IMG/VR virus record: IMGVR_UViG_3300047557_002442
Coordinates: 37,220 to 101,219 of that record
Reading direction: 5' to 3' (one strand)
DNA length: 64,000 bases
Origin: a virus
This document shows, in pieces, positions 50,918 to 59,299 of this stretch (position 1 is the stretch's first letter; the number at the start of each line of letters is the position of its first letter). A program made the position numbers and the translations under genes. Below the pieces are notes generated by a model. It saw only the letters and a program-made list of their open reading frames with translations, ran no database searches and was not told the origin of the DNA.

Positions 50918-51066
50918 ACCATATAGAAACACACTCTGACTCATCCATTTGGCGTCGACTCCTTTTGAATGCGTTGGATTAATAACCCTCCAACCAGGAC
51001 CCTTTCGGTCTTCATTACTCATAGCTCGCGATCTAATTTCATGAATTGAATGTGCTTTTATATGGT
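50918..51066 (-). ncRNA. Candidate structured RNA closed by a stem of about 19 bp
   Basis: ACCATATAAAAGCACATTC pairs with GAGTGTGTTTCTATATGGT; internal GACC-GAAA hairpin. Confidence 0.45.
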
Positions 51067-51138
51067 ACACGGTACGGGAATCGAACCCGTCCTACTGACG
51101 TGAAAGGCCAGTGTTCTAAACCGATAAACTAACCGTGT
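51063..51138 (-). tRNA. tRNA-Glu (UUC)
   Basis: ctTTCac loop, CCA. Confidence 0.9.
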
Positions 51139-51150
51139 GTAAAAACATCC

Positions 51151-51165
51151 AAATTGTTAAAGAAC
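51151..51165 (-). promoter_or_regulatory. rrn-type boxA antitermination signal
   Basis: GTTCTTTAACAATTT versus rrn leader GCTCTTTAACAATTT. Confidence 0.6.
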
Positions 51166-51192
51166 TATACAACTAATTAAATATTATGTCAA
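51164..51192 (-). promoter_or_regulatory. Sigma70-type promoter directly upstream of the first tRNA
   Basis: TTGACA-17bp-TATAGT. Confidence 0.65.
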
Positions 51193-51210
51193 CAACTTTT
51201 TCAATACCGC

Positions 51211-51247
51211 AAAAACAAAAACCCCGAGATTTTTTAGGTCTCGGGGT
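51211..51247 (-). terminator. Intrinsic terminator (attenuator) upstream of the tRNA array
   Basis: ACCCCGAGA/TCTCGGGGT stem followed by TTTTGTTTTT. Confidence 0.85.
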
Positions 51248-51276
51248 CTGTGTATACTTTTATTGTACTATTAGGT

Positions 51277-51399
51277 TCACATACCCGAGTCCTTGAAATG
51301 ATTATAATCCCATGAGGCTACAATCGTAGCAAAGCCGCGCTCTGTTCTCACGGAACTGAGTGCTATCTGCGTCGGTTGTTTTAACATGGGTTGTAACAT
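51277..51399 (-). CDS. Putative 40-aa leader peptide (not in the ORF track)
   Basis: MLQPMLKQPTQIALSSVRTERGFATIVASWDYNHFKDSGM*; GAGAG upstream; lies between promoter and terminator. Confidence 0.65.
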   Translation of the reverse strand: MLQPMLKQPTQIALSSVRTERGFATIVASWDYNHFKDSGM

Positions 51400-51431
51400 T
51401 TCTTTTCTCTCGTAAATTTCAATATGTGACT

Positions 51432-51460
51432 ATTGTATCTTTTATTTATAATAAAGTCAA
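51432..51460 (-). promoter_or_regulatory. Nested early (TTGACT-17-TACAAT) and late (TATAAATA, 51443-51450) promoters for the leader
   Basis: Direct match to both consensus sequences. Confidence 0.7.
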
Positions 51461-51509
51461 CAGAGGAACACAAATAATATGAAAATAATTTCAAATGAAG
51501 ACTTTATAT

Positions 51510-51517
51510 TATAAATA
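51510..51517 (+). promoter_or_regulatory. T4 late promoter heading the plus-strand operon
   Basis: Exact TATAAATA followed by AGGAGG and GTG at 51535. Confidence 0.65.
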
Positions 51518-51534
51518 TAACAGGAGGAATAGCT

Positions 51535-51810
51535 GTGGATTTTTTTAAACTTGTAGCAGAAGTAGGTTTTCCAATTGCCGCAGCTGTTGCTGCTGGTTAC
51601 TTTGTCTTCTTAACTTTAAAGTTCATTCTTGCAGGAGTTACATCTTCTGTCAAAGGAATGAGTGGTATCATCACAGCTCTTGATAAAAGAGTAGCAACCA
51701 TGAACCATGATGTTGTACGCATTGATACAAAAGTTAGTCATGCTTTAGGTATCCCACCTGATTTAGATAGAATCGCACGTGCCGAGCAATCTGACGCTCG
51801 TCGTGACTAA
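51535..51810 (+). CDS. Small membrane protein (GFPI motif, YvrJ/holin-like)
   Basis: EVGFPIAAA TM plus coiled coil. Confidence 0.55.
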   Translation: MDFFKLVAEVGFPIAAAVAAGYFVFLTLKFILAGVTSSVKGMSGIITALDKRVATMNHDVVRIDTKVSHALGIPPDLDRIARAEQSDARRD

Positions 51811-52045
51811 ATCAACTACCTATCACTTTGATTTCATTATATTTTTGATGTAATGAATGACTCTTAAATTATTACGTTTCTGATTTTATTATATTTTTAT
51901 TAACTTAATATTAAGGACATAATATGTTCAAAGAACGTAATCTCATGTTCCAAAAGGAACGTGATCGTATGATATGGACTGATCTGGATTTGGCGATTGG
52001 TTGTGTCGTAGCTTATTTCATTGGTATGATTATAGGATTTCTATT

Positions 52046-52318
52046 ATGGATATAGCAGCATTAATTAGCAAGTATGGGTTTCCTATAGTTGCGGCAGCAG
52101 GATTAGGGTATTTTGTTTTCTATGTATGGAAGTGGGTAACAACTGACATTAAGCCAGTTGTTGGTGAATCGAATCAAGTTCTTATTAACTTGATCGATCG
52201 CGTAAGAATGTTAGATAACGACCTAATCAGATTAAATCAAAGAGTAAACGTTTATCTTTCATTGAAAGAATCAAATGATAAAAAATCTACCAATAATATT
52301 GATAGCAGTAGTAACTAG
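52046..52318 (+). CDS. Small membrane protein, paralogue of 51535
   Basis: KYGFPIVAAAG.GYF TM; LIDRVRMLDNDLIR matches LDKRVATMNHDVVR. Confidence 0.55.
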   Translation: MDIAALISKYGFPIVAAAGLGYFVFYVWKWVTTDIKPVVGESNQVLINLIDRVRMLDNDLIRLNQRVNVYLSLKESNDKKSTNNIDSSSN

Positions 52319-52754
52319 CGTATATGGTGGTGAACTTGTACATCAATTTAATAGCCCTTCCTTCAATGGACAAGGGTTCAGTAGTCACGTATTAACAATC
52401 AAGCAATTAGAAGATCAAGCAAAAGAAAAAAATGAAGCTGCTGAAGATGCAATAAGAGCAAGAGCAGAAGCAGCTGCAAAAGATACCCCACAAGCAAGAT
52501 TCATTGCAAACTTAGAATCACGTATATACAGTCAACTTGCAAAACAATTAACAGATAGTATGTTCGGTGAAGGTGCTACATGTGTAACACCAGGTGTGAT
52601 ATGTGGTACAATTGATAACCTAGGTGGTAATTCTATCACTTGGATGCTTGGTGAAGGTAGTAATTCTGGTAACATTGTTATTACAATCCAGGACTTAAAC
52701 AACAGTAGTAACAGAACAGTAATGGCCGTACCTGTTGGTACGTTCTATTTCTAG
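52275..52754 (+). CDS. csgF: CsgF-like curli assembly protein
   Basis: Signal peptide, then GELVHQFNSPSFNG resembling the CsgF N-terminus (F.NP.F.G); LESRIYSQL; directly upstream of csgG. Confidence 0.75.
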   Translation: MIKNLPIILIAVVTSVYGGELVHQFNSPSFNGQGFSSHVLTIKQLEDQAKEKNEAAEDAIRARAEAAAKDTPQARFIANLESRIYSQLAKQLTDSMFGEGATCVTPGVICGTIDNLGGNSITWMLGEGSNSGNIVITIQDLNNSSNRTVMAVPVGTFYF

Positions 52755-52763
52755 GAGCCGTCA

Positions 52764-53576
52764 ATGAAAAGCCTCTTAGCTTTGTTAATGGTTACTTTAT
52801 TGACTGGATGTGCTTCCTCTATGGTTGCTGGTGCAAAGAAATTTGAAGCACCAGAAGTCCAACAAGGGACATATCTACAACAGAACAAAATTGATGTACC
52901 AGCAGATGGACCAATTCCAGTTGCTGTATATTCATTCCAAGATAAGACTGGTCAACGTAAAAATGTTCCAAACATTGCCAGCTTTAGCTCAGCTGTAACA
53001 CAAGGTGCTGATGCTTACTTAATCAAGGCTCTACAAGATGTTGGTGAAGGTCGTTGGTTCACTGTGGTAGAGCGTGTAGGTTTAGATAATCTAATCAAAG
53101 AGCGTCAAATGATTAGACAAATGCGTGAACAATATCAAGGACGTGATGCAAAGCAATTACCTCCAATGATATTTGCTGGAATACTGATGGAAGGTGCAGT
53201 AACCGGCTACGATTCAAATGTTATGACTGGTGGTTATGGTATGAGAGTGCTCGGTATTGGAGCACAAACTCAATACCAATCAGACAGTGTAACTGTTACA
53301 TTAAGAACAGTCAGTGTCAATACTGGTGAAGTACTAACAACCGTAACTATAACTAAAACAATTCTTAGTTATATGGACAAATTTGGTATGTTACGATTTG
53401 TCGAAGCGGGTGAGCAAGCAATCGAGTCAGAGAGTGGTGTAAGTGTAAACGAAAGTATTAATCGCGCTACAGACTTAGCAATCCAAGCTGCAGTGATTGC
53501 TACAATCAAAGAAGGTGTTCGTAAAGGACACTGGAGCTACAAAGGGCAACCTATTGTAACTCCATTAATAAACTAA
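52764..53576 (+). CDS. csgG: CsgG curli secretion channel lipoprotein
   Basis: LLTGC lipobox; VAVYSFQDKTGQRK, SSAVTQG, WF.VVER.GL.NL.KERQ.IR. Confidence 0.92.
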   Translation: MKSLLALLMVTLLTGCASSMVAGAKKFEAPEVQQGTYLQQNKIDVPADGPIPVAVYSFQDKTGQRKNVPNIASFSSAVTQGADAYLIKALQDVGEGRWFTVVERVGLDNLIKERQMIRQMREQYQGRDAKQLPPMIFAGILMEGAVTGYDSNVMTGGYGMRVLGIGAQTQYQSDSVTVTLRTVSVNTGEVLTTVTITKTILSYMDKFGMLRFVEAGEQAIESESGVSVNESINRATDLAIQAAVIATIKEGVRKGHWSYKGQPIVTPLIN

Positions 53577-53587
53577 AGGAGTAACAA

Positions 53588-54370
53588 ATGAAACTGTTTA
53601 GCAAACTATTTGGTATGGTGGCTTTAAGTTTCGCATTGTCATCTTTTGCTGTTGAAGCAACTGGACCAAATCGTGTATACATTGAACAAATTGGTAGTTC
53701 TAACTTGATTACAATTGAACAAGTTGGTGGTACTAATGATGTTGGTGGTACTGCTGGTTCAGCAACTGTTGACCAAACTGGTGTTACAACATTGACAGTT
53801 ACTGCACCTAGTGCAACAAACTATGGTACAGTAAATGGTAGTTCAAACCAATTGTCAATAAACCAACGTGGTAATGTTAACCAAGCACAATATAACGTTA
53901 AAGGTAATAACAATACCTATACAAGTAACGTGACTGGTAATGGTAATCAAACAAAACTAAATGTTGGTGATACAAACACAAGTGGTCTTCGTAATACTGT
54001 TAATGAGACTATAAATGGTAACAACAATATGCAAATTACTACTGTAGTTGGTAGTGATAATGCATTGTCTACAACTGTAACTGGTAGTAACAACCAACTT
54101 ACAAATACAGTAACAACAAGTAATGCAGATGTAACACATACTATTACAGGTAGTCGTAACATAGTAAACACACAACAAATTGATGCTGCTGGTGCAAATG
54201 GCCACAGCTTAACAAACTCCATCGTTGGTGATTACAATAGCGTTACAACACAGCAACAAGGTACAAACGATACTACTGTTAATATTGCAACAACTGGTGA
54301 TCATAATACTGTGACAGTACGTACAAGTAGCACAACAATACTCAACCCAGTTTCAGCAATCGCAAGATAA
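53588..54370 (+). CDS. Secreted curlin-repeat protein (CsgA/B-like)
   Basis: Signal peptide; repeats of about 11 residues of the N-x-x-x-I-x-Q-x-G-x-x-N type; N/T/G/Q-rich. Confidence 0.75.
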   Translation: MKLFSKLFGMVALSFALSSFAVEATGPNRVYIEQIGSSNLITIEQVGGTNDVGGTAGSATVDQTGVTTLTVTAPSATNYGTVNGSSNQLSINQRGNVNQAQYNVKGNNNTYTSNVTGNGNQTKLNVGDTNTSGLRNTVNETINGNNNMQITTVVGSDNALSTTVTGSNNQLTNTVTTSNADVTHTITGSRNIVNTQQIDAAGANGHSLTNSIVGDYNSVTTQQQGTNDTTVNIATTGDHNTVTVRTSSTTILNPVSAIAR

Positions 54371-54371
54371 A

Positions 54372-55466
54372 ATGAAATACTGGTTTGTTATTTGTTTGCT
54401 ACTAATTAGTACAATTAGTTGGGCAGCAATAGGATCCGTCGTCGATACAAAAGGAACCTCTTGCTCCATTGAACGTGGAAAGCAAAAACTACCTGGTGAT
54501 AAAGGTGTTGGTATTGAAAGTATGGATACCTATATCACTGGTAGTTGTGTTGCTAACATTACATTCAAAGATGATACTAAAGTCAAAGTCACAGAAAATT
54601 CCAGACTTCTCATAGATGATTTTATTTTTGATCCAAAGCAATCAGATGCTGGAAAGTTAGCATTAAAGGTTGGAATGGGTACTGTTCGTTATGCATCAGG
54701 CCAAATCGCTAAAAACAATCCACAAAAAGTAGATATAAAAACGCCAACAGCTACTATTGCTGTTCGTGGTACAGATTTCAATATGACTGTTGACGAAACT
54801 GGACAGTCATTAATTATTCTTGTTCCTTCATGTAAAGAAGGTGAGAAGATAAAACAATACGAGCTTGAAGAGAACCAATGTAAGGTTGGTAAGATAGATG
54901 TAATTACAGTTGGTGGTACTGTTAGTCTTGATAAGGCATTTGAGGCAACATATGTCACAAGTGCAAACTTACCCCCAACTCCACCTGTTATCATCAATAC
55001 GGTTGAGGGTAATATCAGTAACAGTTTGATTATTGCAAAACCACAAGAAGTAATGAGAGCAAGTAGAGATAATAATAAGGCCAAACGTGATCTTGAGTTT
55101 GAGGAAGAGCAAGCAGAATCAAATAGACAGATTGTTCAAAGAATGAAACAGATGGAAGAACCACCTCCAGCTAAGGTTATGCCATATACATTTGATAATG
55201 GTAGCAAGGGATGTAATCCTTCAATAAACGTTTGTGTGGTTTTTGAAAAGCAGGATGTTCCTGAAGTACAACTAAGGGGTAGAGGGGTTGCCTTTCGTAG
55301 TAATCCTGATCACTATGATGAAGTAAAGACTCAAGGTTACGACTCTAATACGACCGTTAACATCACACATGATGATGCACCAGCAACTGCTTTGATAGGG
55401 TCTGGTGATCCAGGTGGTAACATTGTGAACATAAGACAAAATACTGGAGTTATAAAGACACAATGA
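54372..55466 (+). CDS. FecR-domain periplasmic protein
   Basis: Signal peptide; D.YITG, F.DDT.V.V.ENS, TPTATIAVRGTDF. Confidence 0.85.
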   Translation: MKYWFVICLLLISTISWAAIGSVVDTKGTSCSIERGKQKLPGDKGVGIESMDTYITGSCVANITFKDDTKVKVTENSRLLIDDFIFDPKQSDAGKLALKVGMGTVRYASGQIAKNNPQKVDIKTPTATIAVRGTDFNMTVDETGQSLIILVPSCKEGEKIKQYELEENQCKVGKIDVITVGGTVSLDKAFEATYVTSANLPPTPPVIINTVEGNISNSLIIAKPQEVMRASRDNNKAKRDLEFEEEQAESNRQIVQRMKQMEEPPPAKVMPYTFDNGSKGCNPSINVCVVFEKQDVPEVQLRGRGVAFRSNPDHYDEVKTQGYDSNTTVNITHDDAPATALIGSGDPGGNIVNIRQNTGVIKTQ

Positions 55467-56581
55467 AAAAACTCCTTCTAATTTTACTACTCCTATGTAA
55501 TGTAGCTTTGGCTAACACAACAGGGCTATCATATACAGTATGTGCTGCAGGAGGTCCTACACCTACAAGAACCTGCTCAGGTAGAACTATACTTGCTACT
55601 GGTGTAAGTCAGAATATTAATTTTGACTGGGGTGGCGGTGGTGTTATGGGTACAGGTAGAGGTGATGGTGTTCTTGTAAACTGGCAAGGGTTTATATTAT
55701 GGCCTGGTACAAGTGGACAACAAACTGTATTTTTCTATTCCGCTTCAGATGATGGTTTCAGTGTAGCTATAAACGGTACATATGCAATCAACAGTTGGCG
55801 TGAACAAGGTGCAAGTTGGTACAATGGTAGTGGTAGTATGACTCTTACTGCTGGACAAGTATATGCTGTCGATATATGGTACTATGAAAATGGTGGTGGT
55901 GCAGCTGCTTTTTGGTATTGGAATACTGGCAGTGGTATTGTACTTGTACCATCAACAAATCTAGCAACAACAAATAACTATTGGGTACCAAGTCTTTGTT
56001 GTGGAGGTAGTAGTGCCCCTATTACAATTGATCTTACGCATTCAAATAGACTGAATACTTTCACAAACCGTACAACAAATGATAGTCGTGTATATGTTGA
56101 ACAGATTGGTAACTTTAATGAAGTCACTATACAACAAACTGGAACAAGAAACAACTACCTAGAATATACTGGTAATGGAATGTCCAATGACGTGAACGTA
56201 ACTCAATCTGGTAATGCTTCAACCACTGCAAATTATATCGATCTCAATGTAAGTGGAAGTAATAATACAGTCAACATGACTCAAACAAGTACTGGTGGAA
56301 CCAAGAGTATGTTTGTGGATGTTCAAAATAACAATAACAATGTTAATATACAGCAGAAGGATAATGGAAGTCATTACATTGATCTAACTATAACTGGTGG
56401 TAGTAAGAACATTGATATTCTTCAGCAAGGAAGTGCTGCTCATCGAGCAGATATAACCTTAACTGGAGCTAGCCCAAGAGATTTGTCCCTTACCCAAACT
56501 GGTACTACTCAACAATCATATAGTATCAACAGTAATTGTACTTCATCGTGTCAACCAATCACGGTGATACAGGGACAATAA
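55463..56581 (+). CDS. Secreted PA14-domain plus curlin-repeat protein
   Basis: INFDWGGG, SDDG, YYENGGGA (PA14), then EQIGNFNEVTIQQTG-type repeats. Confidence 0.75.
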   Translation: MKKLLLILLLLCNVALANTTGLSYTVCAAGGPTPTRTCSGRTILATGVSQNINFDWGGGGVMGTGRGDGVLVNWQGFILWPGTSGQQTVFFYSASDDGFSVAINGTYAINSWREQGASWYNGSGSMTLTAGQVYAVDIWYYENGGGAAAFWYWNTGSGIVLVPSTNLATTNNYWVPSLCCGGSSAPITIDLTHSNRLNTFTNRTTNDSRVYVEQIGNFNEVTIQQTGTRNNYLEYTGNGMSNDVNVTQSGNASTTANYIDLNVSGSNNTVNMTQTSTGGTKSMFVDVQNNNNNVNIQQKDNGSHYIDLTITGGSKNIDILQQGSAAHRADITLTGASPRDLSLTQTGTTQQSYSINSNCTSSCQPITVIQGQ

Positions 56582-56589
56582 ATACATAT

Positions 56590-57120
56590 ATGAAAAGAAG
56601 ACCATTGTGTTTTATAACACGCGATAAAGAATATGAGCTTATCCAACAACTATTAACGATAGTAGATAGCTCTACATTTGATCCTGATAATACAGCTATT
56701 ATTATGGCATCACCAGATTACTCTGCAACCGTTGCAATGCATTTATCACATGCATGGTCACAGAGAGGGGAACCACTTCCCATAATACCAGTTGATGTTG
56801 CATATCCTGACGAAACCCATTTGGATTATTACAATGCCAAGTTCCAGCATGAGTTTGAATGGTGGACAATGGCTAACAATCATCCAAAGAAACTTGTGTT
56901 GGTTGAAGCAGGAATCATCAGAGGTGGTAACTGGAAGTGGTTATTACAAACACTAATAAGTGAATATGGATATGCACGTGAGGATATAACTCTTATAGCC
57001 TTGTGTGAGAATATTCATTCAGAAGTCAAATCTGATTATGTTGGGCAATACTTTGACAATGAAAAAGAAGAGCTAATGTTTTACTACGAAAGGTATAATA
57101 AGCATTGGCCAATTTTTTAA
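56590..57120 (+). CDS. Phosphoribosyltransferase-fold-like protein
   Basis: LVLVEAGIIRGGN resembles a degenerate PRPP-binding loop. Confidence 0.4.
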   Translation: MKRRPLCFITRDKEYELIQQLLTIVDSSTFDPDNTAIIMASPDYSATVAMHLSHAWSQRGEPLPIIPVDVAYPDETHLDYYNAKFQHEFEWWTMANNHPKKLVLVEAGIIRGGNWKWLLQTLISEYGYAREDITLIALCENIHSEVKSDYVGQYFDNEKEELMFYYERYNKHWPIF

Positions 57121-57129
57121 GGAGTACCA

Positions 57130-59154
57130 ATGAAAAGATTGCTTTCGCCATGGCTTGCACTTTTAACTCTTTCACTTCTTGTTGTTCTAAGAATTTCAGA
57201 TCCGAGTTTCATTGAGAGTATTAGATTAAGATATTTCGACACTCTAATCACAAGCCAGCCTCAAACAATATCCCAACAAATACATGTAGTTAACATCGAT
57301 GATGCAGCCATAAATAAGTATGGTCAATATCCATTCCCGAGAGGTCAATATGCAGAAATTATACAACATCTTTACAGCAATGGTGCTGGGTTGGTTGTTG
57401 CTGGGCTGTATCTTCCTGACAGTGATCGTTTTGGACAGGACAGTCGACTGGCTGACATCCTGGATAAGCACCCTGTAGTCTTTCCACATACTGGAGTTGA
57501 TTATGAGGTTAATAAAGAAATTTATAGACCAGGTGTGTCCGAAATTGGTAGTCCTGCTTCTTCTTTTGCCGTTAGTTATCCTGGTATACTACCCAACGTT
57601 CCTGCTGTTAATGAACATGCTGCTGGTATTGGAGTAGTTAATGTTCTGCCTGAGATTGATGGTGTGGTTCGTCGTGTACCTATGGTCGTTGCCAGTGCTG
57701 GCAGACTCTACCCATCCATTACTCTTGAGACCCTTAGAGTCGCAGCAGGGGATCCAAGTTTCCAAGTCAAATCCTCAGACTATGGAATCGAAGCAGTTAG
57801 AATCCCTCACTTCAAAACAATCCAAACAGATGCTATCGGAAGAGTCTGGATTGACTGGTCTACAAAACCAACAGAACATTCACTTGCGAATCTACCGAAA
57901 TCTTTCGACGGATCAATTGTTATATTGGGAGTCACTGCTAGGGGACTCAACAACCCAGTTGCGACCGCCAGAGGAGAGATCTATCCTCATTATCTACAAT
58001 CTGCCATATTAGATACTCTTGTATCTGGAAAGAACATAAGCAGACCTGATTGGATGGATGGGGCTGAAATACTTGGTACAATTTTATTAGCTATTATAGC
58101 TATTCTTTTAACGAGGTGGACATATGGGTTTGTGGCTTTTGGTATTATTATCGGTGCTGTATATTATACTAGCAGTAGTGCATTTGGGACGTACTCCTAC
58201 TTGGTTGACTGTAGCTTCCCAATTGTTAGTCTATGCTTTGTTTATATACATTCTTATACAGTCAAGTTCCTGTCTGAGCTAAAACAGAAACTCCAAATAA
58301 AGAAACAATTCGGTACATACTTGTCTCCTGCAATGGTTGAAAAGTTGCAGAAGAATCCAGAGCTTTTAGCTTTGGGTGGTGAGTCAAGAGAGTTGTCTAT
58401 TATGTTTACGGATGTTCGTGGTTTCACTACTATCTCTGAACATTATGGTAAAGATGTACAAGGTCTAACCAAGATTATGAACCGTTACATGACTGCTATG
58501 ACTCGTAAGATTATAGACAATAACGGTACACTTGACAAATACATTGGTGATGCACAGATGGCATTCTGGAATGCTCCATTAGATGAACCTAACCATGCTA
58601 AGAAAGCTGTCAAGACTGCATTAGAGATGCTTGAAGATTTGGAAGCATTCAATACTGAAATTAAACGAGAAGGTATACCAGCTTTTGGTATGGGTCTTGG
58701 TATCAATACTGACACAGTTGTTGTTGGTAACATGGGTTCCGATCAACGTTTTGATTATACTTGTCTTGGTGATGGAGTCAATCTAGCTTCAAGACTTGAA
58801 GGTCAAAGCAAACCTTATGGTGTTAAGATTGTAATTGGTTCTAAGACGGCTGAACAAGTTAAAGATGAATACCCAGTTGTTGAATTGGATTGTATTGCTG
58901 TTAAAGGTAAAACAGAAGGTGTTAACATTTATAGTATATGTGCTTATCAAGAAGACCACTACAAACTTCATAAGAAGTACTTAAAAGCATACTATGATGG
59001 TAATTGGGAAGATGGCGGAGCTATTTTCCTTGCGACACAACTTTCTGCAGATGGTCCACCAGATATGAGACAATACTATCTTAATATGATAGAAAGAATG
59101 TCTGAAGGTAAGCCTGATAACTGGGATGGTACATACAGAGCTACGTCAAAGTAG
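57130..59154 (+). CDS. CHASE2-domain class III adenylate cyclase
   Basis: VNIDD....YGQ.P.PR and DGVVRR (CHASE2), 3 TM, FTDVRGFT, DKYIGDA, YT.LGD.VNLASRLE. Confidence 0.93.
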   Translation: MKRLLSPWLALLTLSLLVVLRISDPSFIESIRLRYFDTLITSQPQTISQQIHVVNIDDAAINKYGQYPFPRGQYAEIIQHLYSNGAGLVVAGLYLPDSDRFGQDSRLADILDKHPVVFPHTGVDYEVNKEIYRPGVSEIGSPASSFAVSYPGILPNVPAVNEHAAGIGVVNVLPEIDGVVRRVPMVVASAGRLYPSITLETLRVAAGDPSFQVKSSDYGIEAVRIPHFKTIQTDAIGRVWIDWSTKPTEHSLANLPKSFDGSIVILGVTARGLNNPVATARGEIYPHYLQSAILDTLVSGKNISRPDWMDGAEILGTILLAIIAILLTRWTYGFVAFGIIIGAVYYTSSSAFGTYSYLVDCSFPIVSLCFVYIHSYTVKFLSELKQKLQIKKQFGTYLSPAMVEKLQKNPELLALGGESRELSIMFTDVRGFTTISEHYGKDVQGLTKIMNRYMTAMTRKIIDNNGTLDKYIGDAQMAFWNAPLDEPNHAKKAVKTALEMLEDLEAFNTEIKREGIPAFGMGLGINTDTVVVGNMGSDQRFDYTCLGDGVNLASRLEGQSKPYGVKIVIGSKTAEQVKDEYPVVELDCIAVKGKTEGVNIYSICAYQEDHYKLHKKYLKAYYDGNWEDGGAIFLATQLSADGPPDMRQYYLNMIERMSEGKPDNWDGTYRATSK

Positions 59155-59299
59155 TGAGTACTATGGCCAGATAAGTATCAACATACCAGCTAATAATATT
59201 GTTCCGAGTTCGAATAAGAGTTCCATATTACTATCTAGTATTTCAAATATTAAAATTTGAAGAAGGTTTTATTAAGTTTTTATTATTAGGAGAACCGAT

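Noticed and set aside
46667-51070. Short ORF-track entries overlapping tRNA genes
   Set aside because: Shadows of tRNA sequence with no RBS or protein motifs
45470-51138. Suppressor tRNA or stop-codon recoding
   Set aside because: No CUA, UUA or UCA anticodon was found and conserved genes translate full length in the standard code
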